A DNA stretch of 64,000 nt from IMG/VR virus record IMGVR_UViG_3300011471_000001, positions 1-64,000 of that record, one strand, 5' to 3'. The stretch is from an uncultured virus (IMG/VR IMGVR_UViG_3300011471_000001) (Duplodnaviria; Heunggongvirae; Uroviricota; Caudoviricetes). The notes below the pieces were generated by a model. The model made no database searches. It had not been told where the DNA came from and worked only from the letters and a program-made list of their open reading frames with translations. Positions 46,470 through 56,273 of this stretch are shown piece after piece. Made by a program: the position numbers and the translations under genes. How positions within the stretch are numbered: the stretch's first letter is position 1; every line of letters begins with the position of its first letter.

Positions 46470-48931
46470 GCGGCCACCCCATTACGCTGCACGGCCACCA
46501 GCAGATCGCTCAGGTGCTGCACGGCGTCATTGACCAGGGACTCGTTTTCATCGAACACGCCCGCGGCCGTCAGTGCTGCGATGGCTTCCCGGACCTGGCT
46601 GCGTCCAGCGCGGATCACGTCCATATCGTCGGTATCGAGCGCGGTCAGCCCCTGGAGGTAATCAATCGCCTTCTGTGCTTCGGTGTCAGCTTCCGGCACT
46701 GGTTCTGGTGCTGGCTGCGGTTCCGGCTGTGGCTCACCTGTGCTCAGTTCCTCCACCAGCGGAATACGCTTGCCGGTAATCATCGCGGTCTCCACTGCCT
46801 TCAAATACTCAGGACTCTGATTAGCTTCCACGTAGTCCGCTGCCTGCTTGACCTGCTCACTGCCATAACCCAGCGCTTCGGCCCAGGCATTTACCAGGTC
46901 AGACGCCCAGCCTACGAGATCGCCCAGGCGTTTCGCCGCCATCCAGAATGGGTCAGTGCTTTCACGGTCGTCAGTCACGTCTGTCTCTTCCTGCTTTGGC
47001 TCACCTGCGGCCAGGGTCTGCAGTCTGGCATTAATGGCCTGGTTGAAGTAGATCAGGTCTTCGCCTTCGGGATAGGCCACGCCAGTCAAGTTTTTTCGGG
47101 CAACCATGCGCACCTGTTTTGCATAGGTGTCCGGGTCTTCTGCGGACATTTCCAGATACTGCGCGGCGTAATCACCCATCTTGTCGGCCACGGTGACGGC
47201 CAGCGCATCGAGATCCGCATGTGTCGGGATCAGCTTCAGCTCAAAGTCGGCAATCTCTTTGTCGGTCAGCGGACGGTCGTAGGAAATGATGCCGTTGCGG
47301 GCAACGCCGCTATACGGCTGGCCCGCTGCAGGCTGGTCGGTAACGGAGGCATACTCAGGCGGTACCGCGCCGATACCCACTGGCCGATTCACCAGCGCAT
47401 AGCGCCAGACGGCTGCTGGTGTGACAGGCTCCGGTTGTGGCTGTGGCTGTGATTCAGGTTGTGGCTGTGGTGCGGGCTCTTTTACAGGTACCTCAGTGCC
47501 ATTCATCCAGTCGGATTTGAGCTGCTTCCAGGCTGCCATAAAGAGCGATTTATCCCCACGATCCACTCCATAGAACAGCGCAATATCACCCTCTTTCTCG
47601 CCTGCTTCTTCGGTCTGAGAGTTGGTAAAATCTTTATCCAGCTCCTTCTCTGCATAACGCATGAAGTCCTCTGGCCCTTCAACAGACATAAGCAGGCGCC
47701 CATCACGCTCAGCGCCTTCGCCTTTGGTCATTTCAGTGGCACGCGCTGACAGCTTACGTTGCCCAGGCGTTGGCTCTGGCTCTACCGGCGCTGCCGCACC
47801 TGCCGCAACGCGATATGGCTCCGCCGCGCCGGTGCGGTAGGCTTTGAGCAGTTTGGTAGCCGCTTTACCCATCTCTGCGCCCTGGCTGGATTTGGACGGC
47901 ATTTCAAACGTGGTCCCGTCCGATTCGGTGATGATCACCTTGCCTTTAAGCTCTCCGTCCTGGTCATAGCTGTGATAGCGGACCGTCGCGCCGTTGCTCA
48001 GCGTCGCCTGTCCGTCCATGTTCAGGCGCGCTTTAACCTGGATAGTGCGATCGCTGAAAGTGTCCGTGCTCTCAGGCTCACTGGCTTTCGCCTGCTGCAA
48101 CGCCGCCAGCTGTCCGGTAAGGTCGGCATTAATCTGGCGCTGTGCCGCGACTTTGCCGCGCAGCATCTGCTCATTATCCTGCTGCATCAGCACGCGCGCA
48201 GTTTGTGCATCCACCACCTCCAGCAGCGCAGACTGCTGCTCAGCCAGCTTGTCCGTTTCGGCTTGCGTGGTTTCCACTTCGGCGCGCAGCTTCGTTTGTG
48301 CGTCCTTCTGCTTTGTGAACTTGCCGCTGTTCTTCTCGATCAGGTTAGAAAGCGCCTGCGTGACCTGCTGCAGCGATACATCCCGTCCGCCGATCGGAGC
48401 CACAATGTGCGTCACATCGCGCTTGTTGATCAGGAACTGAAACGCCACCAGCGTATCCTGATTGCGGATTTTGCCGTTGTCAGCGGTCGGAGAGTGGAAC
48501 ACCAGCGACACGCTTTGCCCGTCTGATAATGGGATCAGCGCACTCATAACCGGTATGCTGGCCACACGGCGCACTTTACCAATCACCGCGCCGCCCACGG
48601 TTTTCTGCCCGGTCGTATCCGCGCCAGCATCGTTAGTGCCGGCGCTGATGTTGGTCCCGTTCAGGCCACGGTTTAAGGCCTTCACAAAGGCGCGCATGGT
48701 CTGTGCCAGACGCATGCGCTCGGTGCTGATCGCTTCAAACATCGCACCCTGCACCAAGCTTTCATTTCCCAGATAGGTGTGATCGATGTCGTCGATCGTG
48801 GCGCTTTCCAGCATCATATCCGCGCTGCTGCCAGTCATCAGGCCATCGTAAACCGCCTGCGCCAGGACTGCGCCCGGTGTGCGGCTCTGGAGGTCCAGCA
48901 CCATACGGTTGCTTAAAATCTCATTCATCAT
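46466..48931 (-). CDS. darA: DarA antirestriction/head protein
   Basis: LSDGQSVSLVFHSP and NKRDVTH.VAP N-terminal domain; YAL..RP.GIGAVP C-terminal domain; synteny. Confidence 0.85.
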   Translation of the reverse strand: MMNEILSNRMVLDLQSRTPGAVLAQAVYDGLMTGSSADMMLESATIDDIDHTYLGNESLVQGAMFEAISTERMRLAQTMRAFVKALNRGLNGTNISAGTNDAGADTTGQKTVGGAVIGKVRRVASIPVMSALIPLSDGQSVSLVFHSPTADNGKIRNQDTLVAFQFLINKRDVTHIVAPIGGRDVSLQQVTQALSNLIEKNSGKFTKQKDAQTKLRAEVETTQAETDKLAEQQSALLEVVDAQTARVLMQQDNEQMLRGKVAAQRQINADLTGQLAALQQAKASEPESTDTFSDRTIQVKARLNMDGQATLSNGATVRYHSYDQDGELKGKVIITESDGTTFEMPSKSSQGAEMGKAATKLLKAYRTGAAEPYRVAAGAAAPVEPEPTPGQRKLSARATEMTKGEGAERDGRLLMSVEGPEDFMRYAEKELDKDFTNSQTEEAGEKEGDIALFYGVDRGDKSLFMAAWKQLKSDWMNGTEVPVKEPAPQPQPESQPQPQPEPVTPAAVWRYALVNRPVGIGAVPPEYASVTDQPAAGQPYSGVARNGIISYDRPLTDKEIADFELKLIPTHADLDALAVTVADKMGDYAAQYLEMSAEDPDTYAKQVRMVARKNLTGVAYPEGEDLIYFNQAINARLQTLAAGEPKQEETDVTDDRESTDPFWMAAKRLGDLVGWASDLVNAWAEALGYGSEQVKQAADYVEANQSPEYLKAVETAMITGKRIPLVEELSTGEPQPEPQPAPEPVPEADTEAQKAIDYLQGLTALDTDDMDVIRAGRSQVREAIAALTAAGVFDENESLVNDAVQHLSDLLVAVQRNGVAA

Positions 48932-49545
48932 GCTGCCTCTTCCAGTTGGGCGATCTGCTCTTTCAGCTGGCGGGTGATCGCCTGCTCCTGATTAAGCTCG
49001 GTCTGTAAGCTGTCCGCATTTTTTTGTGCCGTGTCGGCATCCCGCGTCAGCTGGTCAGCCTTCTTCTGAGTTTCCTCGATACCCGCTTTGTAGGCGTCGC
49101 GCTGCTGGCGCACTTCGGCCAGCATCTGCACTGACGATTTCACACCGCGTTTTGGCTGCGGAGAGGCGTCTTTGCTGGCGGCGGCGCGTGCCATCTTGCG
49201 CGCCAGCGCCTTCTGGAATGCCGTCGAGCCTTTTTTAAATAACGCGGCCAGCTGGCGTCCCAGGTCGGGGATCGTGGTGACGTGGGTAAACGGCACGTTT
49301 TTACCGTTCAGTTTCAGGCCGGAAATGTCGCCGCTGTCGTTGACCTGCACGGTCATAATCTGCTCGTCCATGCCGGTGAGGCTGAAGGTTTTAGTGAGAA
49401 CGCCATCCTTTTTCCGGGCTGCGCCGGCGGCGGTGATTTTGGCTACTTCAAAGCCGCTGGTGGCGATCGCCTTTTTCAGCTTTGCCAGCCCCTTCTCGTT
49501 GAGCTCGTCAAAGCTCAGAAGGACGTAGGTCTTAGGATTCAACAC
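48928..49545 (-). CDS. hdf: Hdf (DarA-like fragment)
   Basis: Between lydB and darA; coiled-coil C-terminus. Confidence 0.7.
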   Translation of the reverse strand: MLNPKTYVLLSFDELNEKGLAKLKKAIATSGFEVAKITAAGAARKKDGVLTKTFSLTGMDEQIMTVQVNDSGDISGLKLNGKNVPFTHVTTIPDLGRQLAALFKKGSTAFQKALARKMARAAASKDASPQPKRGVKSSVQMLAEVRQQRDAYKAGIEETQKKADQLTRDADTAQKNADSLQTELNQEQAITRQLKEQIAQLEEAA

Positions 49546-49987
49546 GGTATTCTCCCTGCTCTGACTGGCTCAGCTGGTAGGTTCTGGTGACGGTATCCTG
49601 CAGCGGGAAAATGCGATAAAGCGGATTCAGGCGGCTGTTACCGTGGGTGACACGCACTGTCAGTGACCACTCGCCCGGTTCCAGATAGCGCGTATCGATC
49701 AGCAAAAATTCTTCGCTTACGCCTTTTGGTGAGAGGTCCAGCGTGCGCTGCTTGCCGGAAATGACCACTGTCGGATCGTTACTATCGCGTAGCCAGTACT
49801 CAATTTTGGCCCCTGCAAGTTTACCCACGCAGGCAATGTTGAGGCGGACCGGGAATGCCAGCGCATTGCCGCGCACGGTGGCCACACCACATCCCAGCAA
49901 AGACACTTTTTTACGGGCTAAAGCGCAGCGATCGACAACCATCGCCGCCGCCATCGCTGTGATAAACAGGTTCTGGTAATCAATCAT
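49532..49987 (-). CDS. lydB: LydB-like antiholin
   Basis: Follows the holin; N-terminal hydrophobic segment; synteny. Confidence 0.6.
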   Translation of the reverse strand: MIDYQNLFITAMAAAMVVDRCALARKKVSLLGCGVATVRGNALAFPVRLNIACVGKLAGAKIEYWLRDSNDPTVVISGKQRTLDLSPKGVSEEFLLIDTRYLEPGEWSLTVRVTHGNSRLNPLYRIFPLQDTVTRTYQLSQSEQGEYRVES

Positions 49988-50301
49988 GGGCCGGAGCCTC
50001 CTTTTGACCCAAATACGCCGTTTATTGCCGCAATGAGTCTTTCTTTAAACACGGTTGAGAGTTCTCGCCAGTTGTTGCTTGCAACTAACACGGCAAGGTA
50101 AATCACGATTTCGTCCAGTCCCTGCTGGCGGGCAAAGAAATAGGCCGTGAGGCCCGTAATCAGCGCCAGCACAAGCTCGGTGGTAAAGTTGAATACTGTC
50201 GGTCGGATCCGGTATTCGCGCACTCCCAGCAGGAAAACGCCTGTGCCACTCAGCAAAGACAGGAGAAGCGAAACCGCGAGCATTTTTTCTACATCGGTCA
50301 C
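49984..50301 (-). CDS. lydA: Holin LydA-like
   Basis: 105 aa with 2-3 TM segments; first gene after a late promoter. Confidence 0.7.
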   Translation of the reverse strand: MTDVEKMLAVSLLLSLLSGTGVFLLGVREYRIRPTVFNFTTELVLALITGLTAYFFARQQGLDEIVIYLAVLVASNNWRELSTVFKERLIAAINGVFGSKGGSGP

Positions 50302-50336
50302 ATACCCCCCTTAGCACCTGGTAATCAGGTGGCGAG

Positions 50337-50357
50337 AGGGTACGGAGTCTGTAATTT
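50337..50357 (-). promoter_or_regulatory. Late promoter upstream of the lydA-dar operon
   Basis: AAATTACAGACTCCGTACCCT. Confidence 0.75.
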
Positions 50358-50434
50358 AGAGAGGTAAAGAAAAACAGCGCTCGAAGGCGCTGTTTATTTT
50401 GGGAGGATACAATTTATTCGCTTTTATAGAGGCC

Positions 50435-50965
50435 TTAAACGGTCGAAGGCACGGCTGGCCAAGAGAGATTTTCAGTAGTGGATAGGTCCATTGCCTTGAG
50501 CGCTTTTACATAGGTATTCCACTTCTTCAGAGAGGCTCGATCTTCATCACTAATTTCATCCAGTAATAGATCGTTTTGCCATTCATTCATAGTCTGACGT
50601 GCTATAGCGATCAACTCCTCGCGCTCAGCCTCAGCTTTGACTGTCAGCTCAATCGCGCTGTAAACACGAGGAATTACCTTGCCATTAAGGAAAGACCAGC
50701 CCCCAGAAATGTTGGCTTCGGAGGGAACGCACTCAGCACTTAGCTCGACAACACTTAAATTTTCTGGCCAGATTCTGGAAGCGTCAGATTCAATAAAGCG
50801 AACCACACCAGATTCGTCAAAAGCAACTTTAATTGTGTCCGTATCGAACCGGGTTAAATGATAATACCAATCAAGGCCGTCTTCTGTTTGAAGGAAAAAT
50901 GCGCCCGGCATGATCAAATCACGATGCTCAGGAATATACGGTGTTAGTTTTTTGAGAATTAACAT
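50435..50965 (-). CDS. Tail fibre assembly chaperone (Tfa/U-like)
   Basis: EDGLDWY and WQNDLLL..ISDEDRASL.KW..Y..AL...WP motifs. Confidence 0.85.
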   Translation of the reverse strand: MLILKKLTPYIPEHRDLIMPGAFFLQTEDGLDWYYHLTRFDTDTIKVAFDESGVVRFIESDASRIWPENLSVVELSAECVPSEANISGGWSFLNGKVIPRVYSAIELTVKAEAEREELIAIARQTMNEWQNDLLLDEISDEDRASLKKWNTYVKALKAMDLSTTENLSWPAVPSTV

Positions 50966-50966
50966 T

Positions 50967-53900
50967 TTACAGTTGTCCTATGGTGTACCAGCCACCGTTT
51001 ACACATTTTTGAATAGCACGATAAAAAATCGTATCGCCTTCTGGAGTAGATCCTTCGGTCCACCATCCTGTCATAACGCAACCAGCAGGAACCCTAATTG
51101 CTGTGCGCATAACACCACTTCCTTCTCCAGCCATACGCACATCCTGAACGACATCACCGGAGCCCCGTGAAAAGAAATTATTGCTAACCCAGTTGCTTAA
51201 ATAACCGCCCCAGCATCCACCATAAATATTACCGTCGCTTTGAACAAATGATCCACCACCACCAGAATAAAGACGATCTCCAGCGATAACGCTGCCATTA
51301 ACATTAAGCTGATGACCCATTGTAACATAGCCATTCGAAGCGGTTACAGTTATAGGCCTTAGCCCATTCCATGTGCCATCTGGATCATTTTGGTTTGTGA
51401 AAAGCATATAGTAATTCGAACCATCGAACCGATGGATCATACCTGCGTTTCCACCACCAGGACGTATGCGCAATCCATCAGCATCTTCAGTAACTATTTT
51501 ACCATAGACATAAAGTTTATTAGGCGTGGAACGATGTGTTAGAACGTTATTTGCGTAAAAATCGAGAATGCCATCACCTGGACAAACAAACCCTGTATCT
51601 GAGTCTCCGATATTAATAGAACCACTACCAGTATTAAATACACCTGTACCTAAGTTTCCAATACTGATATGAGATGTTGTGAATAAAGTACCTCTGACAT
51701 AAACCGCATCGTCAAAATGTGCATCTTTATCGACAACTAACTGGCCCTTTAACCGCGATGAACCGATGAGATTAACATTAGCAGCAATAATATTCAAAGC
51801 TGCTTGTCCACTCACCTTTGCCGTTGTCGAATCAACCAGAATACGTGCGTCATAATCATTCAGCTGCGTTGTTGAGGAATTAAAGTCGATGTAAGGTGTG
51901 GTCGAAATAAGGCTTACCTGGCCTCTAAACTCCGCCGAATTATTTGCTTTTAATACATCGCTTACCTCCAGTCCGCCTTTTACCGACAACGCAATATAGC
52001 TGGCCGGAAGGGTTGTATCCGTTCCGCCAATGATCGTCTGTCCGCGCAAAAAGTTCGGTGCAGTTCCCTGCATGTACAGATTCCAGCGGCTTAATCCACT
52101 GCGTGCTGTCTGACGTCCTTCAAAAGCATAGGCCGTTGCAATACTGGCACTCGCTTTGTCATAAGAGCGGAAGGATGTCAAAAGCGTGACAGCAGCGTTG
52201 GTGTTTACAATGTTGCTGTTGCCCCAGAACTCTACCAGGTCAGCCACAGTCTGCCCGGTGTTACCATCACCTACTGTAAGTTCCGCCCCGAAACCGACAC
52301 CAAGTGTTTTTGCGTCTGCGCCAATGTTTGCATAAGCCATTGCTGCAATCTGCATTGAGCCCGACATATTCCCTTTGCCGGGTGCGGCGTTCCCGATTGT
52401 CAGCATACGACCTATGCTGTCACTGCCGCCGCCAAGTGCAAGGTGGCCTTTGTCGCTGAAGAGCGCGATATTCTGGTTCCACGTTACACCGTTATCCCGG
52501 TTATCAACATCGAGACGCAGGCTACTGCCCTCGCCTCTCAGGCGGAAGCCCGCTGCGTCTGCGTCGCGATCGATAAAAGTGATTGTAGGCGCAAAGCTGT
52601 TAACTGTGATTCCCTGGGTGCCGTCACTGCTGCTGCCCGTCACCACCAGCGCGGCATTGGTCAGATCGCCTACAGCTGTTGCCCCCTTTGCCAGCACGTT
52701 TACCGGCCCGGTAAAGTCAGCCCCCCTGTTTACCGTAAGGTTGCCGCCGACAACCGCGTTGTTCAGGAAGTTCATTGTCGAAACGTTGGTTTCGCCGGTA
52801 CCGTCGCCTGACAGGGTGAGCCATGTACTCGTGATTGAGTTACCCCAGGAAACGGCATCGTTACTATCCCTGGACTGGCCGAAATACCAGTGCAGCGTGT
52901 CATCTGACTTTTTGCCACGCAGATAGTAGGCTTTATCTTTGGTTTTGGGCTTCAGCTGCAGCGTAATTGCGTCAGCTTCAAAGAGTCCGGCACCGTCCGA
53001 CGACAAGCCTCCACCACCAGTGATAGCCAGCCCGCCAGCCCCCTGCAGCGTTGCAGAGCCATTCCCGCTGTCCAGCCAGAGCCGTGCAGTGACATTGCCG
53101 CTGACTGCGCGCGCATCAAGGATAGTTTTACCGCCGCCATGACTCATGTTACTGACGGTCAAGCCACCCAGCGCCCTGCCGTTCCACTCGTCATCCGTAG
53201 CTGAAGCCAAGCGACCATAGATATTAAAAATGCTGGTTTCACTGGCAGGCGCAACACCATCAACCTGATCGGTCCGGACAAACGTCATGTACGCAGGGTA
53301 TGGTGTTGAGCGGATTACCCCAAATCGGTATCCGGCCCGAACCTCAGAGCCGACCGTCAGATCCTTTGACAGCGTTAACTTATCAGTGTTGATATTGGTC
53401 AGCTTACTGGTGCTGGTAATATCGTTATTATCGCCCGCCTTTGCTCCGCCTGCCTTAACCAGGTCCGCCAGTGTCATGCTGGCGCTGTCCATCACCTTAC
53501 GCCAGCCGTTTGTGTCCGCGCCAGTTGATAGCCCGGACCACGCCCAGGAGCCTGAAACTTTGCCCGCCGAGCGCCAGTACATCATGCCACCCTGGGCCAC
53601 CAGCAGCTGCAGGAGCGAGGCGTCGGCGTCATATTTCCGGCGCATATTAAATAGCTGGCCGCTCAGCGTCTGCGTGGTTTTACCGAGATCAACCGGGCCA
53701 TCGCTAAAGGTGCCGCTCAGTGTCCAGAAAGCATTTTGCTCAGTCACGGAGACGTCAGCCAGCAAAGTGATTTTACTGTTCAGTACCAACGACGGCGCAC
53801 CCAAGCCAAACGCGCCAACGGCCATCAGCGCACCCGGCGTCATGTCCAGCGGATTGGTCTGCTGGTCTGCCTGTGCGGCGGTACCGAGGCCGAGGTGATT

Positions 53901-54662
53901 ACGGGCCTCTGACACGTCCGGTAGATCAGCCAGATTCTCGCTGGCGACAAGCTGCTTCTCATTGACCAGCTGATCCAGCTCGATGTTTTTACGGAACATC
54001 GCTTTGTCGTGAATATCCGAGCCGTTATTGGCAATGACCATGTTGTTATCGATCATGCCTTTGAGTATTTTCAGCCCTTTAAGGTTGGCCGCAATCAGCT
54101 CATCATCGCTCGTGTAGATCGAATCCAGCGTTATACCGACCTGCCGGTTTATACGGTAGTTTGTGACGATCATCGCCTGCGTAACCTGCGTAGTGCCGGT
54201 TGGCACCAGTACGCGGCAGAGCTCCAGCTGGTTCGGCTTCAGCGCAACAGAAATATCCTGCGCAAAGACGCGAGCGGCCTCAACCGTGGAGGTGATATCA
54301 ACCTGGTCAGTCTTGACGCCCAGTTTGTAGTTTGCCTCAAGCACAATACGGGTAGTTTTGCCCGCCATGACTGGCAGCGTCAGATCGGCCAGATGCTGAA
54401 CGGTGATCTGATGTGCGTTCACATCGACCGAAGCCGCACCCTGCCCGCCTTCCGCCCCTTTTGAGGTAACGATAACGTTTAGCCCGGAACCGGCGACCGG
54501 CGAAAAGCCCAGGTAAAAGCCGGATCGCACTATACCCTTCAGTTTTCGGTTTAAAGCTGAGCTGGTGTAGGTCTCAAGGTACTGCATATCGGCCGACAAT
54601 GGCGCGGTTCCATAAGCCTTGCCCGCCATAACGCCGATATCGGTAATTTCATTACTGCTCAT
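50967..54662 (-). CDS. Tail fibre protein (S-like)
   Basis: ENLADL..ARNHLGLG, LMAVGAFGLG, IGDSDTG and DGNIYG..WGGYLS motifs; C-terminal YRAIQK..NG.W. Confidence 0.9.
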   Translation of the reverse strand: MSSNEITDIGVMAGKAYGTAPLSADMQYLETYTSSALNRKLKGIVRSGFYLGFSPVAGSGLNVIVTSKGAEGGQGAASVDVNAHQITVQHLADLTLPVMAGKTTRIVLEANYKLGVKTDQVDITSTVEAARVFAQDISVALKPNQLELCRVLVPTGTTQVTQAMIVTNYRINRQVGITLDSIYTSDDELIAANLKGLKILKGMIDNNMVIANNGSDIHDKAMFRKNIELDQLVNEKQLVASENLADLPDVSEARNHLGLGTAAQADQQTNPLDMTPGALMAVGAFGLGAPSLVLNSKITLLADVSVTEQNAFWTLSGTFSDGPVDLGKTTQTLSGQLFNMRRKYDADASLLQLLVAQGGMMYWRSAGKVSGSWAWSGLSTGADTNGWRKVMDSASMTLADLVKAGGAKAGDNNDITSTSKLTNINTDKLTLSKDLTVGSEVRAGYRFGVIRSTPYPAYMTFVRTDQVDGVAPASETSIFNIYGRLASATDDEWNGRALGGLTVSNMSHGGGKTILDARAVSGNVTARLWLDSGNGSATLQGAGGLAITGGGGLSSDGAGLFEADAITLQLKPKTKDKAYYLRGKKSDDTLHWYFGQSRDSNDAVSWGNSITSTWLTLSGDGTGETNVSTMNFLNNAVVGGNLTVNRGADFTGPVNVLAKGATAVGDLTNAALVVTGSSSDGTQGITVNSFAPTITFIDRDADAAGFRLRGEGSSLRLDVDNRDNGVTWNQNIALFSDKGHLALGGGSDSIGRMLTIGNAAPGKGNMSGSMQIAAMAYANIGADAKTLGVGFGAELTVGDGNTGQTVADLVEFWGNSNIVNTNAAVTLLTSFRSYDKASASIATAYAFEGRQTARSGLSRWNLYMQGTAPNFLRGQTIIGGTDTTLPASYIALSVKGGLEVSDVLKANNSAEFRGQVSLISTTPYIDFNSSTTQLNDYDARILVDSTTAKVSGQAALNIIAANVNLIGSSRLKGQLVVDKDAHFDDAVYVRGTLFTTSHISIGNLGTGVFNTGSGSINIGDSDTGFVCPGDGILDFYANNVLTHRSTPNKLYVYGKIVTEDADGLRIRPGGGNAGMIHRFDGSNYYMLFTNQNDPDGTWNGLRPITVTASNGYVTMGHQLNVNGSVIAGDRLYSGGGGSFVQSDGNIYGGCWGGYLSNWVSNNFFSRGSGDVVQDVRMAGEGSGVMRTAIRVPAGCVMTGWWTEGSTPEGDTIFYRAIQKCVNGGWYTIGQL

Positions 54663-54667
54663 GTGCG

Positions 54668-55111
54668 TTACGCCGTTTTCTGTTCGATGGTGACGATAAG
54701 ACGGTAGGCCTTACCACGGAATACGGTGTCCTGCTGCAGGCACAGTACGGCAAACGCTTTGCCGTCGGCATCCACCAGCGTCAGCGTGTTGAGGTCATAG
54801 GCTTTGCCCTCCGGAAGAATGGCTTCATCCAGCTGAATGGTGATCGAGATATCCGCGCCGGTGCTGGTGAGGACCAGAGGCGTTTCTGTGAATTTACCAG
54901 TCAGGTTGTCATTGCTGAATGTGGAGGGAATATCCGCGATGTTCCAGCCGCCAGCGGCGTTACTGCTGACCAACGTGGACTTGCCCCAGTAGGCTTTCAC
55001 CATCTGGAATCGGGATCCCTTGCCGATGGAGGATTCGGCGCGACGGATGTAGTAGTAATCCAGCAGCTTCGCTTTAAACAGCTTGCTGCTGACAGAAATA
55101 GTATCAGCCAT
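54668..55111 (-). CDS. Tail fibre/baseplate protein R
   Basis: 147 aa upstream of the tail fibre gene; synteny with P1 R. Confidence 0.65.
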   Translation of the reverse strand: MADTISVSSKLFKAKLLDYYYIRRAESSIGKGSRFQMVKAYWGKSTLVSSNAAGGWNIADIPSTFSNDNLTGKFTETPLVLTSTGADISITIQLDEAILPEGKAYDLNTLTLVDADGKAFAVLCLQQDTVFRGKAYRLIVTIEQKTA

Positions 55112-55140
55112 AAAAAAGCCTCTCAGAGTTAAGAGGCCAG

Positions 55141-55161
55141 AGGGTATGGAGTTTGTAAAAT
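55141..55161 (-). promoter_or_regulatory. Late promoter upstream of the R-S-U operon
   Basis: ATTTTACAAACTCCATACCCT. Confidence 0.7.
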
Positions 55162-55172
55162 CCGATGGTCAA

Positions 55173-56264
55173 CTACGCGACAAATTGCTCATAAAAAAGC
55201 GTGGCGATCGTGCTGGTGCCATTGCCGTCGTCGGGCAGTGGCAAGATAAACTCCGGCGTCCCGTCAAAGGGAAATGCCATTGTCACGCTACTGCCGTCCG
55301 TATCGGTTGCTGTAACGCCCTGGCTATCGCCCTTCTGAATGGCAATGTACTGCACGCCACCGTCGGTGAATAACCGGGCGCGGCTGTCACTGGCAGCGCT
55401 GGCGATATCAATGGGTGCTGGCGCTGCGTCCGGCCTGGCGCGGTAGTCATTCGTCCAGGCATCAGCGGCAAACATGTCGTAGCGTTCGCAGCGCCTTACC
55501 TGCCATAGTGGCACTGCGGGAATATCAAACTGCTGCTGTGTGGCCATGTGCAGATTTTTGATCTCAGACTGGAGATCCGCGTATGACAATTTTGCCTGAT
55601 AGTCGATACCGGCGCTGATAAGCCTGATGCTCTCAGCGTCGGCGCTCAGCTCAAACGAGATAAAGAGCGATAAGCCGTCAAACACGATGTGAAGCGGTAG
55701 CAGCGGCGCAATGATCCGGTCAAACTGTGTCAGCAGCTTCTGTACGGCTAAATCCTGCTCCATGTAGCCATATCGCTCATACAGCTCATTCAGCGCCACC
55801 GAGATTTGCGCCCGTGATGTCAGGAAGAACTCACCATACTTCTCTTCTGCAATCGCAAGACCTTCTTTTGTGGTAAAGAAAGTGCCATAGGGTGCCAGTT
55901 CCTGATCCACCGGCGCATACAGCTCCTGCCAGCTGACTGGCAGGTTATCGAACTCGCGCCAGAACGTTGAAGTGATAGGCTTATCGGTTCCTTTAAAATG
56001 CACTTCGTCCAGGCGCTGCGCCAGCAGCACGGGCCTGCTGGTGTCGGTGGTCTCCGCCACGATGAAGAAACGGCCATATTCGCTCATGCGCAGCGTCAAG
56101 TCGTCCTTGTCCATCGTGTAGTAGCTTTTGCGGTTAGTAATACGCTCCAGAATCGGCTCTACCGTGTCCTCAAAAATATTCTGCAGCGCGTTAGCAAACC
56201 CTGACCACAATTCAGAGCCCTGTTTTTCCTTCGTAAGACGGTCTTTTACCCAGTTTCTGATCAT
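55173..56264 (-). CDS. Baseplate/tail protein (P1 gp16-like)
   Basis: Synteny between bplA and R. Confidence 0.65.
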   Translation of the reverse strand: MIRNWVKDRLTKEKQGSELWSGFANALQNIFEDTVEPILERITNRKSYYTMDKDDLTLRMSEYGRFFIVAETTDTSRPVLLAQRLDEVHFKGTDKPITSTFWREFDNLPVSWQELYAPVDQELAPYGTFFTTKEGLAIAEEKYGEFFLTSRAQISVALNELYERYGYMEQDLAVQKLLTQFDRIIAPLLPLHIVFDGLSLFISFELSADAESIRLISAGIDYQAKLSYADLQSEIKNLHMATQQQFDIPAVPLWQVRRCERYDMFAADAWTNDYRARPDAAPAPIDIASAASDSRARLFTDGGVQYIAIQKGDSQGVTATDTDGSSVTMAFPFDGTPEFILPLPDDGNGTSTIATLFYEQFVA

Positions 56265-56273
56265 GGCCGTGCC

